A DNA stretch of 62,019 nt, counting the filler. It is 10 parts of 10 records of this genome, joined end to end, with 100 filler letters (N's around TTAATTAATTAA, not from the genome) between each part and the next. Parts side by side here need not be neighbours in the genome. Positions count along the whole stretch, not along the records: positions 8,601 to 14,186 come from SRR31147125_235957; positions 14,287 to 20,753 come from SRR31147125_237104; positions 20,854 to 26,305 come from SRR31147125_237416; 7 more parts are not named here. The stretch is one strand, 5' to 3'. The first letter of the stretch is position 1. The number at the start of each line of letters is the position of its first letter. Below are positions 11,617-21,604 of the stretch, piece after piece. Below the pieces are notes generated by a model. It was not told the DNA's origin, did no database searches, and saw only the letters and a program-made list of their open reading frames with translations. The position numbers and the translations under genes are program-made.

Positions 11617-12642
11617 ATGAACTCCCTGGGGATTGCCATCGACGGGGGACGGTACGTACGTATCGACTCCCGGATAGGAGAGCTGCCGCGAAACGTCCGC
11701 CTGCGAGCTCTTGATGCGTCCCAGCGAAGTGCCGTACTGGATTTCTGCCGATTCCGTCGGGGTAAAGCCGACATCATCAGGAGCCACCGGGTCCGGGGGC
11801 TGAAGAGCCGAGCCGGAGAACCGGCGGAACTCAGGCTCAGGATCGAACGCCGCGGCTGGGCGATCTGGGAAGTACGAGTATCCGGTGCCGGCAGTAAAGC
11901 CGAAGTACTACGTCTGAGGACCGGCGTGGGGCTGTGGCCGATCCTTATCCCCGCGGCAGGGCTGTTCGGCCTGCTCATCTGGCTCCTGATCAATTTCACA
12001 ATCCTGAATCCCGGATCGGCGGTTCCCCCGAAAACCGAAACCGGAATCTCCGGAGTCGAACAAACGGCGGCGGCACAGCCGTCAGATCCTGCGACCACGG
12101 CATCGAATCCGGTAGTAGCTGAAGCCGCGGCCGTTGAAACAGCGACGCCTGATGCCGCTGATGACCCGGCGGATACCAGACAATCATCTGCAGAGGGAAC
12201 GGCGGCGAATGATTCTGATGCACCGGAGGATGCCGTTGCTGAGGTGGATCCGACCACCGACGAACCGGCCGTCGACACCGCGACTCCACAGAACTCAGCC
12301 GCGGCACCGCTTCCGGCGCCGATTACCGTGTATTTCCAACCGGAGAGCGCCGAACTGAGCACCCGGGCGATACGGGATCTCGACGACCTGGCGGCTCAGA
12401 TGCGGGATGGAATGGTTCTCGATGTGGACGGTCATAGCGCCGACTACGGTACCGAAAGAGGTCAATTGGCCCTGTCCCGGCTCAGGGCCCGGAATGTCGC
12501 CGACTACCTCAGAGCGGCGTATCCCGGGACGCTGAATGTCACGGTGAACGGCTATGGCTTTAACCAGCCGGCGACCAGGGACCCGGGTCGGCAGGAGCTG
12601 AACCGGAGGGTCACGGTGACCCTGAGCGAGGTGGACGAATGA
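11617..12642 (+). CDS. Membrane-anchored OmpA-domain protein
   Basis: TM helix, Ala/Asp/Pro-rich linker, then VYFQPESAEL, DGHSAD, LSRLRA and NRRV. Confidence 0.88.
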   Translation: MNSLGIAIDGGRYVRIDSRIGELPRNVRLRALDASQRSAVLDFCRFRRGKADIIRSHRVRGLKSRAGEPAELRLRIERRGWAIWEVRVSGAGSKAEVLRLRTGVGLWPILIPAAGLFGLLIWLLINFTILNPGSAVPPKTETGISGVEQTAAAQPSDPATTASNPVVAEAAAVETATPDAADDPADTRQSSAEGTAANDSDAPEDAVAEVDPTTDEPAVDTATPQNSAAAPLPAPITVYFQPESAELSTRAIRDLDDLAAQMRDGMVLDVDGHSADYGTERGQLALSRLRARNVADYLRAAYPGTLNVTVNGYGFNQPATRDPGRQELNRRVTVTLSEVDE

Positions 12643-12706
12643 TCCCGCCGGGGCTTGTTGTCTGTCCGGTGAGGCAGTGGGTATAATGGTCGGCACCGGA
12701 GGCAAG

Positions 12707-14186
12707 GTGTTTCTCAAACGTATCGAAATCCTGGGCTTCAAGTCCTTCGCAGACCGAACCGTCATCGAATTCACCGATGGTATCACAGCACTGTTGGGTC
12801 CCAACGGTTGTGGCAAAAGCAATATCGTCGACGCGATCAAATGGGTTCTCGGTGAGCAGTCTTCCCGGAAGATGCGCGCCGAAAAAATGGAAGACGTCAT
12901 CTTCAGCGGCACCGAGAGCCGCAAGGCCCTCAGTGTCGCCGAAGTAACTCTTGTCATCGCCAATGAAAACGGCCTGTTGGAAATCGACCGTCCGGAGATT
13001 GCCATCAAGCGTCGGATCTACCGGGAAGGGGAAGGTGAATACTTCCTCAATGGCACCCCTGTACGGTTGAAGGAAATCCGTGAGCTTTTCTTCGATACCG
13101 GCGTGGGCAAATCCGCCTATTCGGTGATGGAGCAGGGGCAGATCGACCAGGTGCTGTCGAACAAGCCCGAGGAACGTCGCTATCTGTTCGAGGAAGCGGC
13201 GGGTATCACCAAGTTCAAAATGCGCGGCGGAGAAGCCGAACGCAAACTGGCCCGGACCGAAGAAAACATGGCTCAGGTGGAAAACATCCTCCATGAAGTG
13301 CGCCGCAACTATGAAAGCCTGAAAAAGCAGACCGATAAGACTTTGCAGTACCGGAGTCTCCGGGAAAAAATCTTCGATCTGGACAAGGATCTTAAACTCC
13401 TGCAATGGCGGGACCTGGAAGAGAACCGGAATAAAAAAGGCGATCGCCTGGAATCCCGAATCAACAAACATGGCGAAATCGTCGCCAAGATCGACGAGAT
13501 GAAGGCGACATTGGCCAATGAACTGGATGCCGTGAACGAGATGGAATCCAGGCTTATTGAGGACCAGAAGCTCCTGTACGGCATGGACCTGGAGAAGGAA
13601 AACCAGGAAGCCCAGGTGAAAACCCTCAGGGAACGGCGGAGCGAGGCGGAAGAAGCCGGCAAGGCTGCTGCGGCCAGAGAAAAAAATGCTGTTGAGTCGC
13701 TATCGGCTCTCAATGAATTGAAATCCAACCGGGAGAACGACCTCAAGGGATTCAGGGACCGCCTGAAGGAAATTGACGTCAATATCACCACCCTGCAGAA
13801 ATCCATCAGTACCGCCGAAGAGCGGATCGCCGGCAACACTGCCGAGTCGGATAAAGTGAATACCGGCCTTTCGGACGAGGAGAAGAGTCGGGAATCGCTG
13901 CAGGAAGATCTTCGTGGGCTCACCGATGACATCGTCAAGGAACTTGATCGCGGCCTGGCCGATTCCGGGTTCGACCGGAATGAACGGCGCAAACTGGAAG
14001 AATCCATCGAATCCCTGCTGGAGGAGATCAAGATTCGGGCCGACGGTCGCGCCACCCTCCTGGAAGATCAGCTGAGCCTTTCGGACGGCGATCAAATTAA
14101 AGACCTGTTGAAAGGTGCCGCCTCTGATATCTCGGGTCTGAAAGACTCGCTGGACGAGCTGTCCCGGCTGTTCGATGAATACAAGG
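12707..14186 (+). CDS. smc: Chromosome segregation protein SMC (partial)
   Basis: GTG start, FLKRIEILGFKSF, Walker A GPNGCGKSN, FEEAAGI, coiled coil. Confidence 0.95.
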
Positions 14187-14286
14187 NNNNNNNNNNNNNN
14201 NNNNNNNNNNNNNNNNNNNNNNNNNNNNNNTTAATTAATTAANNNNNNNNNNNNNNNNNNNNNNNNNNNNNNNNNNNNNNNNNNNN
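14187..14286. other. Artificial contig linker
   Basis: Same 100-nt linker. Confidence 0.99.
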
Positions 14287-14706
14287 CCGCTGCTGCTGGC
14301 CTCCGGAGAGCTGGGAGGGCTTCCGGTCGTCATAGCCCTGAAGCTGTATCATGTCCAGGATGGCCCGGCCTTTTTCGATGGCCTCGGCTTTCGGGACTTT
14401 TCTGGATATGAGGCCGAAACAGACATTCTCCATCACCGTGAGGTGAGGAAAGAGGGCATAGCTCTGGAAGACGGTGTTCACCGGACGTTCCCTGGCCGGG
14501 ACAGGGGTGATGTTGTCGTTCCCTAGGATCACCAGGCCGCCGTCGGCCAGCTCCAGGCCGGCGATGATACGGAGCAATGTCGTCTTGCCGCATCCCGAGG
14601 GACCCAGGAGAGTAAAGAACTCTCCGGCCTCCACTTTGAGGTCTACACCCTTGAGGGCATGGACGTCTCCAAAACTCTTGCGTATCGCGTATGCATTCAG
14701 GCTCAT
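14287..14706 (-). CDS. potA: Spermidine/putrescine ABC ATPase (partial)
   Basis: GPSGCGKTT, RPVNTVFQSYALFPH, LSGGQQQR. Confidence 0.8.
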
Positions 14707-14794
14707 CACCGCCTGAAAACGCAAACCACATGCCAGATTTCGGAATGGCTGGATATGAATACAGCTTAATACTTACGGATCAAGGACATATTTT

Positions 14795-14822
14795 TACATA
14801 CATACAGAGATGTATGTATGTA
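14795..14822. promoter_or_regulatory. Perfect inverted repeat, AcrR-type operator
   Basis: TACATACATACA-GAGA-TGTATGTATGTA, upstream of potA. Confidence 0.75.
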
Positions 14823-14885
14823 TTTGTAAAGGCCGGGACCTACTAAAATGTAGGTCGATAATGCATTTCATACATTGTTGTTGTT

Positions 14886-15500
14886 TTATTCTGCCGGTCT
14901 GATTGGTCGGAACAGTTCCCTGAGCAGGCGATCGGGCCTTGATGACTCGGGATAGAACGCGGTATCGAAACTCCAGCTGTCATAGGCGCCGTCGACGAAG
15001 GAATAGAGAATATAGGCAAACTGCCGGGCATCGGCTTCGGCGGCGATGTATCCCTGGTCCTGCAGGTTCTCCAGGGCATGAATATAGGCGTCCACCAGGG
15101 CTCTCTGCTTCTGCTGCTCGTTTTCTATGATCGGCGCCATCGCGTCCACATACTCCATCCGGGAGTAGACGATACCGATGAACATGCGGAACCTCCGGTT
15201 TGTGTTCAGCAGCTTTAGGGGACGGCCTACATCGGCGATGAACTCGTCCAGGTCGGTGTATTCCTTTCGGTCATAGTCCTCCGGGCGTGCTTCAAACTCC
15301 TCGGTGAGCGCGTCATACAGGGCGAAATACAGATCCTGCTTGTCCTTGAAATGCCAGTAGACAGCGCCTCTGGTAACCCCGGCGCGGTCCGCGATTTCGA
15401 CGAGGCTGGCACTGCTGACGCCTTTCTTATGGAAGGTTTCCAGGGCGGCTTCGAGGATATTTTTTCTGGTTCTGGCGGCTTCTTCTCTGGTGCGTCTCAT
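14886..15500 (-). CDS. TetR-family regulator (AcrR/TtgR-like)
   Basis: MRRTREEAARTR...IADRAGVTRGAVYWHFKDK. Confidence 0.92.
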   Translation of the reverse strand: MRRTREEAARTRKNILEAALETFHKKGVSSASLVEIADRAGVTRGAVYWHFKDKQDLYFALYDALTEEFEARPEDYDRKEYTDLDEFIADVGRPLKLLNTNRRFRMFIGIVYSRMEYVDAMAPIIENEQQKQRALVDAYIHALENLQDQGYIAAEADARQFAYILYSFVDGAYDSWSFDTAFYPESSRPDRLLRELFRPIRPAE

Positions 15501-15629
15501 TGTAGCTGATTATACCGGAGATCCTTCCGGGGTCATCAAGACCCGGCGGATGCGGCAGAGCAACTGGTCATGAATTAGAATTCATTACCAGAGCCGGATC
15601 TGTCACCGCAGATCCGGCAGGAGGACGCC

Positions 15630-16457
15630 ATGGATATGAGTTCGTTTTCAATCGTTCCTCTGGATGATTCGAACAGTCCGGCTTTCTGCCATTGCCTCGA
15701 GGAATGGTCCGATGAGATGAGAGAAGCCGGAACCCTGAAGTGCGACTGGGTGGAAGCGATGAGAGACCAGGGCCTCGGTGCCCTCCTGGCCCGGAACGCC
15801 GCCGGGGAGTATGTGGGAATGATCCAGTATTTTCCCACTGAACTCTCTTCCGTGGACGCTCCGGACCATTACCACATCCACTGCTGCTGGGTGCATGCCT
15901 ACAAAGGGAAGGGCGTCGGCGACTGGCGGGGCCGGGGAATCGGCCGGGCTCTGCTGGCGGCTGCCGAAGAAGACATCCGCGGGCGCGGAGCCGCCGGAAT
16001 CACCGCCTGGGGATTGAGCATTCCGGTCTGGATGCGAGCCTCCTGGTACAGAAAACAAGGATTCCGGAAGGCCGGTGCCGATGGAATGATGGCCCTCATG
16101 TGGAAGCCCCTGGTGGACGGTGCTGCACGCCCGGCCTGGAGGAAACCGTCCGATGAACTGCAGGCCCGGTCCGATGATGGTACCGTCCGCGTTCTCTCCG
16201 TTGTCGGCGGTGTCTGTCCTGCAGTGAATATCACGCAGGAACGGATGCGTAAAATAACCGGGGAGTACGGAAACCGGGTGGACTATCGCCGGATTCTGAT
16301 TCGCACTCCGGATGATGTCCGCCGATGGGGCGTCACCGATGTCCTGAGCGTCAACGGCAATATCATTCCCCTTGGGCCGCCGGCCTCGGAGAAGAAACTC
16401 AACCGCATTCTCGGCAGAAGCCTTCGGAAGGTTGGTCGCGGTCGCGCACAGGGATAA
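15630..16457 (+). CDS. GNAT-family acetyltransferase (YoaP-like)
   Basis: WRGRGIGRALL acetyl-CoA motif, WYRKQGF, extra C-terminal domain. Confidence 0.75.
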   Translation: MDMSSFSIVPLDDSNSPAFCHCLEEWSDEMREAGTLKCDWVEAMRDQGLGALLARNAAGEYVGMIQYFPTELSSVDAPDHYHIHCCWVHAYKGKGVGDWRGRGIGRALLAAAEEDIRGRGAAGITAWGLSIPVWMRASWYRKQGFRKAGADGMMALMWKPLVDGAARPAWRKPSDELQARSDDGTVRVLSVVGGVCPAVNITQERMRKITGEYGNRVDYRRILIRTPDDVRRWGVTDVLSVNGNIIPLGPPASEKKLNRILGRSLRKVGRGRAQG

Positions 16458-16536
16458 TACCGGATCGCCAGGGTATCCGATTGTCAGTCTCTTTTTGTGT
16501 TATCAGATCGATGCGGAGCCCGGGTCGGGGCCGGTA

Positions 16537-18342
16537 TCAGCTCAGTACTTTTTCGTAGGCCTCGACGAACTTCTCTTCAATGCCCAGGGCCCGCAGCTTC
16601 TCCGGCGTCGGCCGGCCCCGGTCGTCCCATCCGCGGTAAGCATAATACTCGTCCATGGCCCGGGTGAAGTCCTCCTCGGTCATGGCGATGTCCTTCGGCG
16701 GACCCGCCTTCAGCAATTCTTTGTGGAAGCGTCCCGGCAGCTTATCCTCGCTTCGGTCGAAGCCGGCCATGATGTTGTACATCCTCTGGAGATTGAAGAT
16801 CCGCTCACCGATTTCATAGACTTTCTCCGCCGACCACTCGCCGCCGAAAGTAGCGCCGTATAGTTTACCGAGGGTACCGTCTTCAATAGGCCAGAAGTCG
16901 CAGACCCCCATGGAGAACTTGGCGAATTGACTGTTCTGCATGTCCGCCACCAGCTTGGCCTTGCCTTCGAAGGTGAAAGGATCCAGCTGCCCCCAGGCCT
17001 CCTCGGCGATGGGGTAGGCACTCATATGGCAGCCTCCCCGGGGAGCGCTGACGTAGGCGATGCCCATGCCCCAGGACCCCCGGGGATCGTAGCCCGGGAG
17101 TTCCATGCCTTTCACCTGGATGGCGAACTCTTCCCCGCCGTACTGTGCAGCCAGTGCCTTCGAGCCGGCGCTGGCTTCCGCGCCGATTCCTTCTTTCCGG
17201 GCCATGGCTTCCAGCATGGGCCATACTTTATCGGCCTCGCCGAAGCGGATGCCGAAATCGTGGATGCCCTTTTCGGTGGCCTCCATCATGTAGGCGATGG
17301 TGCCGCCGGCGCTGATGGTATCCAGTCCGAGGTCGTCGCAGTCGGAGTTGAAATGAATCACATCCTCCACGCTGCCCAGCCCGATGGAGGAACCGCCGAG
17401 GGCGATGGTTTCGTATTCGGGGCCTTCCACGTTGTGGGCGCCTTTGGCCACGTAATTGCCGCAGGCGATGCCGCAGGAGAAACAGGCCTTTTTGTTCAGC
17501 CGGGCTTCCTTGAAGGAGGCGCCGTTGATGGATTCCGAGTGCTTGAAGGTGCCTTCCTGGAAGTTCCGGGTGGGCAGCAGTCCCGACTCCTGGCTGTAGT
17601 CCACCAGGCAGGTGGTTCCCAGGTCGTAGATTTCATTGTCCGGTGAGATGACCTCATCGTCCTCGTGGGCCTTGCGTGAAATCTCCAGGGTGGCCTTCAT
17701 GTCCGCCACCGGCACGTCCAGCCATCCTCGGAAGGCGATGGCCTTCAGTTTCTTGGAACCAAGCACGGCGCCCATGCCGCCCCGGCCCAGCTGCCGGAAG
17801 CGTTCGGAGGAGATGCAGGACATCGGAACCAGGTTTTCGCCCGCAGGTCCGATGGTCATCACCTTGGCTTTGTCATCGTCGAGCTTGAGCTTGACGGCAT
17901 CTTCGGAGGCGAAGGATCCCCGGCCCTTCAGCTCGGGAACAGGGATGATTTCCCTCCGCTCCGGATCCACGTAGAGACAGCTCAGTTCAGCGGCAGCACC
18001 GATAATCACCACCGCGTCAAAGCCGGCGAACTTGATTTCCGCGCCGATATGGCCGCCGACCGAACCGTCGGAGATGGTACCTGTCTGGGGAGAACGGGAG
18101 GTGACCGCCAGCTTGGCCGACGACGATACGATGGTCCCGGTCATGATTCCCGGAGTGAGAACAACGGGATTGCCCGGACTCAGTGGGTCCACGCCGGCAC
18201 CGGCGTACTCCATGAGCAGCCTGGTGCCCAGGCCCTTCTGGCCGGTGTATTTCTCGGCCCATTCCTTCGGAAGGGCTCTCTCGTCGAAATTGCCGGTACT
18301 GAGGTCAACCAGCAGGTATTTGCCGAAGAAACAGCTGCTCAT
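16537..18342 (-). CDS. aor: Aldehyde:ferredoxin oxidoreductase (AOR family, usually tungsten)
   Basis: IGPAGENLV, GRGGMGAVLGSKKL, CFSCGIAC, EGPEYET, DDLGLDTIS. Confidence 0.93.
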   Translation of the reverse strand: MSSCFFGKYLLVDLSTGNFDERALPKEWAEKYTGQKGLGTRLLMEYAGAGVDPLSPGNPVVLTPGIMTGTIVSSSAKLAVTSRSPQTGTISDGSVGGHIGAEIKFAGFDAVVIIGAAAELSCLYVDPERREIIPVPELKGRGSFASEDAVKLKLDDDKAKVMTIGPAGENLVPMSCISSERFRQLGRGGMGAVLGSKKLKAIAFRGWLDVPVADMKATLEISRKAHEDDEVISPDNEIYDLGTTCLVDYSQESGLLPTRNFQEGTFKHSESINGASFKEARLNKKACFSCGIACGNYVAKGAHNVEGPEYETIALGGSSIGLGSVEDVIHFNSDCDDLGLDTISAGGTIAYMMEATEKGIHDFGIRFGEADKVWPMLEAMARKEGIGAEASAGSKALAAQYGGEEFAIQVKGMELPGYDPRGSWGMGIAYVSAPRGGCHMSAYPIAEEAWGQLDPFTFEGKAKLVADMQNSQFAKFSMGVCDFWPIEDGTLGKLYGATFGGEWSAEKVYEIGERIFNLQRMYNIMAGFDRSEDKLPGRFHKELLKAGPPKDIAMTEEDFTRAMDEYYAYRGWDDRGRPTPEKLRALGIEEKFVEAYEKVLS

Positions 18343-18749
18343 GTCGCCGCCCCTTTTTTCTCGAACAGGCTGATGACGCCCTTGGGGCACCAGGCTACGC
18401 ACTGCGGTTCACCTTCACAGAGATCGCAGATCACTGCCTTGTCGGAGCTGTCGAGGTAGATGACGTTCTTCGGGCAGTTGTCCACGCAGGTACCGCAGCC
18501 TACACACTTTCCGGCATCGACGATCATCCAGCGGCCATTGTCGCTGATTGCGTCTTCGGGACAGACCCGCGCACATTTGCCGCAATGGATACAGTGATTC
18601 GAACTGATGGAAATCCCCGAGTCGCTGTACTCGTGGACGATCGTCAGCCTGGCTTTCTCCGGGTTGAAGACGCCTTCATGGGCTGCTGAACAGGCGAGCT
18701 GGCACATCTTACAGCCGGTGCAGTCGTCGTATGCGAGTCTTATGGGCAT
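18339..18749 (-). CDS. 4Fe-4S dicluster electron-transfer subunit
   Basis: Start MPIRLAYDDCTGCKMC, four Cys clusters; stop overlaps the aor start. Confidence 0.9.
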   Translation of the reverse strand: MPIRLAYDDCTGCKMCQLACSAAHEGVFNPEKARLTIVHEYSDSGISISSNHCIHCGKCARVCPEDAISDNGRWMIVDAGKCVGCGTCVDNCPKNVIYLDSSDKAVICDLCEGEPQCVAWCPKGVISLFEKKGAAT

Positions 18750-18923
18750 ACATCCTCCAGATGCGGGTTTCGCAGATCGGGTTGTGTGCGCCCAGTGTAT
18801 CCGCGTCGATTCCGGCCGGGCAAATCGAAAGACCTGATATACACCAGATAACAGAGAAATAACAGGCCGATGGCGCCGGATGGGAGATGGAGGACTCTTC
18901 CGGTTCGATATAATGGGGGCCGC

Positions 18924-19136
18924 ATGGCGGAAACCATCACTGTCAACGGCGAAACACTGGAGTGGCGCGCCGACCTCGATCTCTTCGACATCTTCCGGAC
19001 CATCGGCTACAAACTGAAGGTGCCGGTGGTGCTGGTGAAGGTGGATGGTGAAACTGTCGTGAAGTCCCGCTGGAAGGAATACCGCGTCCCCTCTGGCGCC
19101 GATATACAGGTTAGGAATATCTTCAACGGAGGGTAG
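18924..19136 (+). CDS. ThiS/MoaD-like sulfur carrier
   Basis: ITVNGE at the N-terminus, C-terminal GG, 70 aa. Confidence 0.8.
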   Translation: MAETITVNGETLEWRADLDLFDIFRTIGYKLKVPVVLVKVDGETVVKSRWKEYRVPSGADIQVRNIFNGG

Positions 19137-19205
19137 GCGACACCACCTCCGATGATTCATGGATACCGCAGTCGCCCCCACGGGGGAGACAGAAGAGGAC
19201 AGGTC

Positions 19206-20510
19206 ATGACTACCGAAGAACTGAGAATCAAACGAGCACGCTATATGGCGAAGGGCACGGCCAGTGCCGCCGATTTCTACGTGGAGAAGGGTGACGGTGC
19301 CCTGCTTGTCGACATCGACGGCAATGAATACATCGATTTCGCCGGCGGCATCGCCGTAATGAACGTCGGCCACTCCCATCCGAAAGTGGTGCAGGCCATC
19401 AGGGACCAGGCTGAAAAGTTCACCCATACCTGCTTCATGGTGACGCCCTACGCTCCGGCAGTGGAACTGGCCGAAAAACTGTGTGAAGCGGTTCCCGGCG
19501 ACACACCGAAATCCTGCATGTTCATCAACAGCGGTGCTGAAGCAGTTGAAAACGCGGTGAAAATCGCCCGCTATGCCACCGGACGCAAGGCTGTCATCGC
19601 TTTTGACGGCGGATTCCATGGCCGTACTCTCCTGGGCATGACCCTCACCAGCAAAGTGAAGCCCTATAAGTACGGATTCGGCCCCTACGCCCCGGAGGTG
19701 TATCGAGCGCCCTATCCCTATCCCTACCGCAATCCCTACGGCCTGGCCGCCGATGACGATGCGGCCCTGACGAAGGCCTATGTCGGCGTCCTGGAGGAGA
19801 TGTTCATCTCCCGGGTGAGTCCCGACGACGTGGCGGCGGTTATCATCGAACCGGTTACCGGCGAGGGCGGATTCGTCGTGCCTCCCGCCGGGTACATGGC
19901 CGCCCTCAGGGAACTCTGCGACCGGCACGGCATCCTGCTGATCGCCGATGAAGTGCAGACCGGGATCGGCCGGACGGGTACGATGTTCGCCATGGAGCAC
20001 TGGGGTGTGGAAGCCGACCTCACCACCACCGCCAAGAGCCTGGCCGCCGGCATGCCCTTGTCTGCCGTCGTCGGGAAAAAGCACATCATGGACACCGTGC
20101 ACCAGGGCGGCATCGGCGGTACCTACGGCGGGAATCCGGTGGCCTGTGCCGCCGCCAATGCCGTGTTCGACATCTTCGAAGCCGAGAATCTGCTGATCCG
20201 CAGCCGGGAGCTCGGAAGGATGCTGGTCGAGAGTTTCACGGCGATGAAAGCAGAATTCCCGGTGATCGGCGAGGTCAGGGGACTCGGTGCCATGGTGGCC
20301 CTGGAGCTTGTCAGTGATCGGGAACGCCGTACTCCGGCACCGGATCAGGCCAAAGCCCTCGTGGCCTTCGCCCGGGAGAACGGCCTAGTTCTTCTTTCCT
20401 GCGGAACCTTCGGCAACGTCATTCGTGTTCTGATGCCCCTGGTGATCAGCGATGAACTACTGGAGAAAGGGTTGTCCATCATGGAAGAAGGGTTTCGGGA
20501 CATCGGCTGA
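19206..20510 (+). CDS. gabT: 4-aminobutyrate aminotransferase (class III PLP)
   Basis: IDFAGGIAV, SGAEAVENAVK, FHGRT, ADEVQTG, AKSLAAG, GGTYGGNP. Confidence 0.88.
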   Translation: MTTEELRIKRARYMAKGTASAADFYVEKGDGALLVDIDGNEYIDFAGGIAVMNVGHSHPKVVQAIRDQAEKFTHTCFMVTPYAPAVELAEKLCEAVPGDTPKSCMFINSGAEAVENAVKIARYATGRKAVIAFDGGFHGRTLLGMTLTSKVKPYKYGFGPYAPEVYRAPYPYPYRNPYGLAADDDAALTKAYVGVLEEMFISRVSPDDVAAVIIEPVTGEGGFVVPPAGYMAALRELCDRHGILLIADEVQTGIGRTGTMFAMEHWGVEADLTTTAKSLAAGMPLSAVVGKKHIMDTVHQGGIGGTYGGNPVACAAANAVFDIFEAENLLIRSRELGRMLVESFTAMKAEFPVIGEVRGLGAMVALELVSDRERRTPAPDQAKALVAFARENGLVLLSCGTFGNVIRVLMPLVISDELLEKGLSIMEEGFRDIG

Positions 20511-20623
20511 CGGCGTGAAGAGTTCCGCGCCGCAGGATTATTTATACTCCTGACAAGATGACTATCCCGAACTGATATATTGCGATTTTGATGATCCAGT
20601 TTTGATGAACTATAGTTTAGTCG

Positions 20624-20753
20624 ATGAGTTCTCCGCTCACCTCACGACTATCTCTCTCCTGTCTGATACTGGTGCTGTGTCTCCCAATCTTTCCCGGAAC
20701 CATCGCCGCCGATGAAGTCATCAGGGTGGGAGCCTATGACAATCCTCCGAAAA
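20624..20753 (+). CDS. Exported protein with solute-binding-like start (fragment)
   Basis: Signal peptide then IRVGAYDNPPK; truncated by the linker. Confidence 0.5.
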
Positions 20754-20853
20754 NNNNNNNNNNNNNNNNNNNNNNNNNNNNNNNNNNNNNNNNNNNNTTA
20801 ATTAATTAANNNNNNNNNNNNNNNNNNNNNNNNNNNNNNNNNNNNNNNNNNNN
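20754..20853. other. Artificial contig linker
   Basis: Same 100-nt linker. Confidence 0.99.
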
Positions 20854-20984
20854 GCGAATTTATTTTTTCGCGAGCCCTTAGCAAAACGGCTTTCCATGAA
20901 AAAACATTCGGGATCATCCATAGTAGCGTGGAAATTGATTGAAGCGTAATTATTGTTCCCATTTTGAATACAGGAGGCGGTTCT

Positions 20985-21518
20985 ATGATCGACGTCAAAA
21001 ATTATAGTAAACCGGACCGGTTGAAAGACGGCACGGCGATAACGATCCGGGCCATCCGTCCCGAAGACAAGCAGATGATGCGCGATGCTTTTTACGAACT
21101 CGAAAGGCAATCTCGCTACATGAGATTCTTCGGTTTTAAAGACAACATCACCGATGATGAACTAAAAAAGGCTACGGAGGTGGATTTTGAGAATGAAGTT
21201 GCACTCGTGATAACAACGATCGTAGCGGGTCAGGAGATCATCATCGGAGCGGGCCGTTATATCCTTTTCTCCTTGGCTGCCGGCAAACCGCCAGCAGCCG
21301 AAGTCGCGTTTACCGTAGAAGAAGACTACCAAGGTCAAGGCCTCGCCAGCCGCCTGTTCGTGCACCTGGCAGACATCGCCCGGGCAAAAGGTGTAGGTTC
21401 ATTTGAAGCGGAGGTCCTGCCGCAAAACAAGCCCATGCTTGCTGTTTTTGAGCGCCAGGGACTGACAATGAACACAAAGCGCATGGATGGGTTCATCCAT
21501 GTGTCCCTTGCCCTTTAA
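20985..21518 (+). CDS. GNAT acetyltransferase (Pat-like GNAT domain)
   Basis: LKDGTAITIRAIRPED, SRYMRFF, AEVAFTVEEDYQGQGLA. Confidence 0.88.
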   Translation: MIDVKNYSKPDRLKDGTAITIRAIRPEDKQMMRDAFYELERQSRYMRFFGFKDNITDDELKKATEVDFENEVALVITTIVAGQEIIIGAGRYILFSLAAGKPPAAEVAFTVEEDYQGQGLASRLFVHLADIARAKGVGSFEAEVLPQNKPMLAVFERQGLTMNTKRMDGFIHVSLAL

Positions 21519-21604
21519 CACTTCTTTGTCTCAGCCCGAACTAATCGTGTTTGGGGCCATCGACCGAACCATCAACGATTCAACTTAAATCGAAGGAAAA
21601 AAAA

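Noticed and set aside
18750-20102. 587-aa minus-strand ORF apparently fused to a ferredoxin
   Set aside because: The upstream part is the antisense shadow of gabT and moaD. The real gene starts at 18749.
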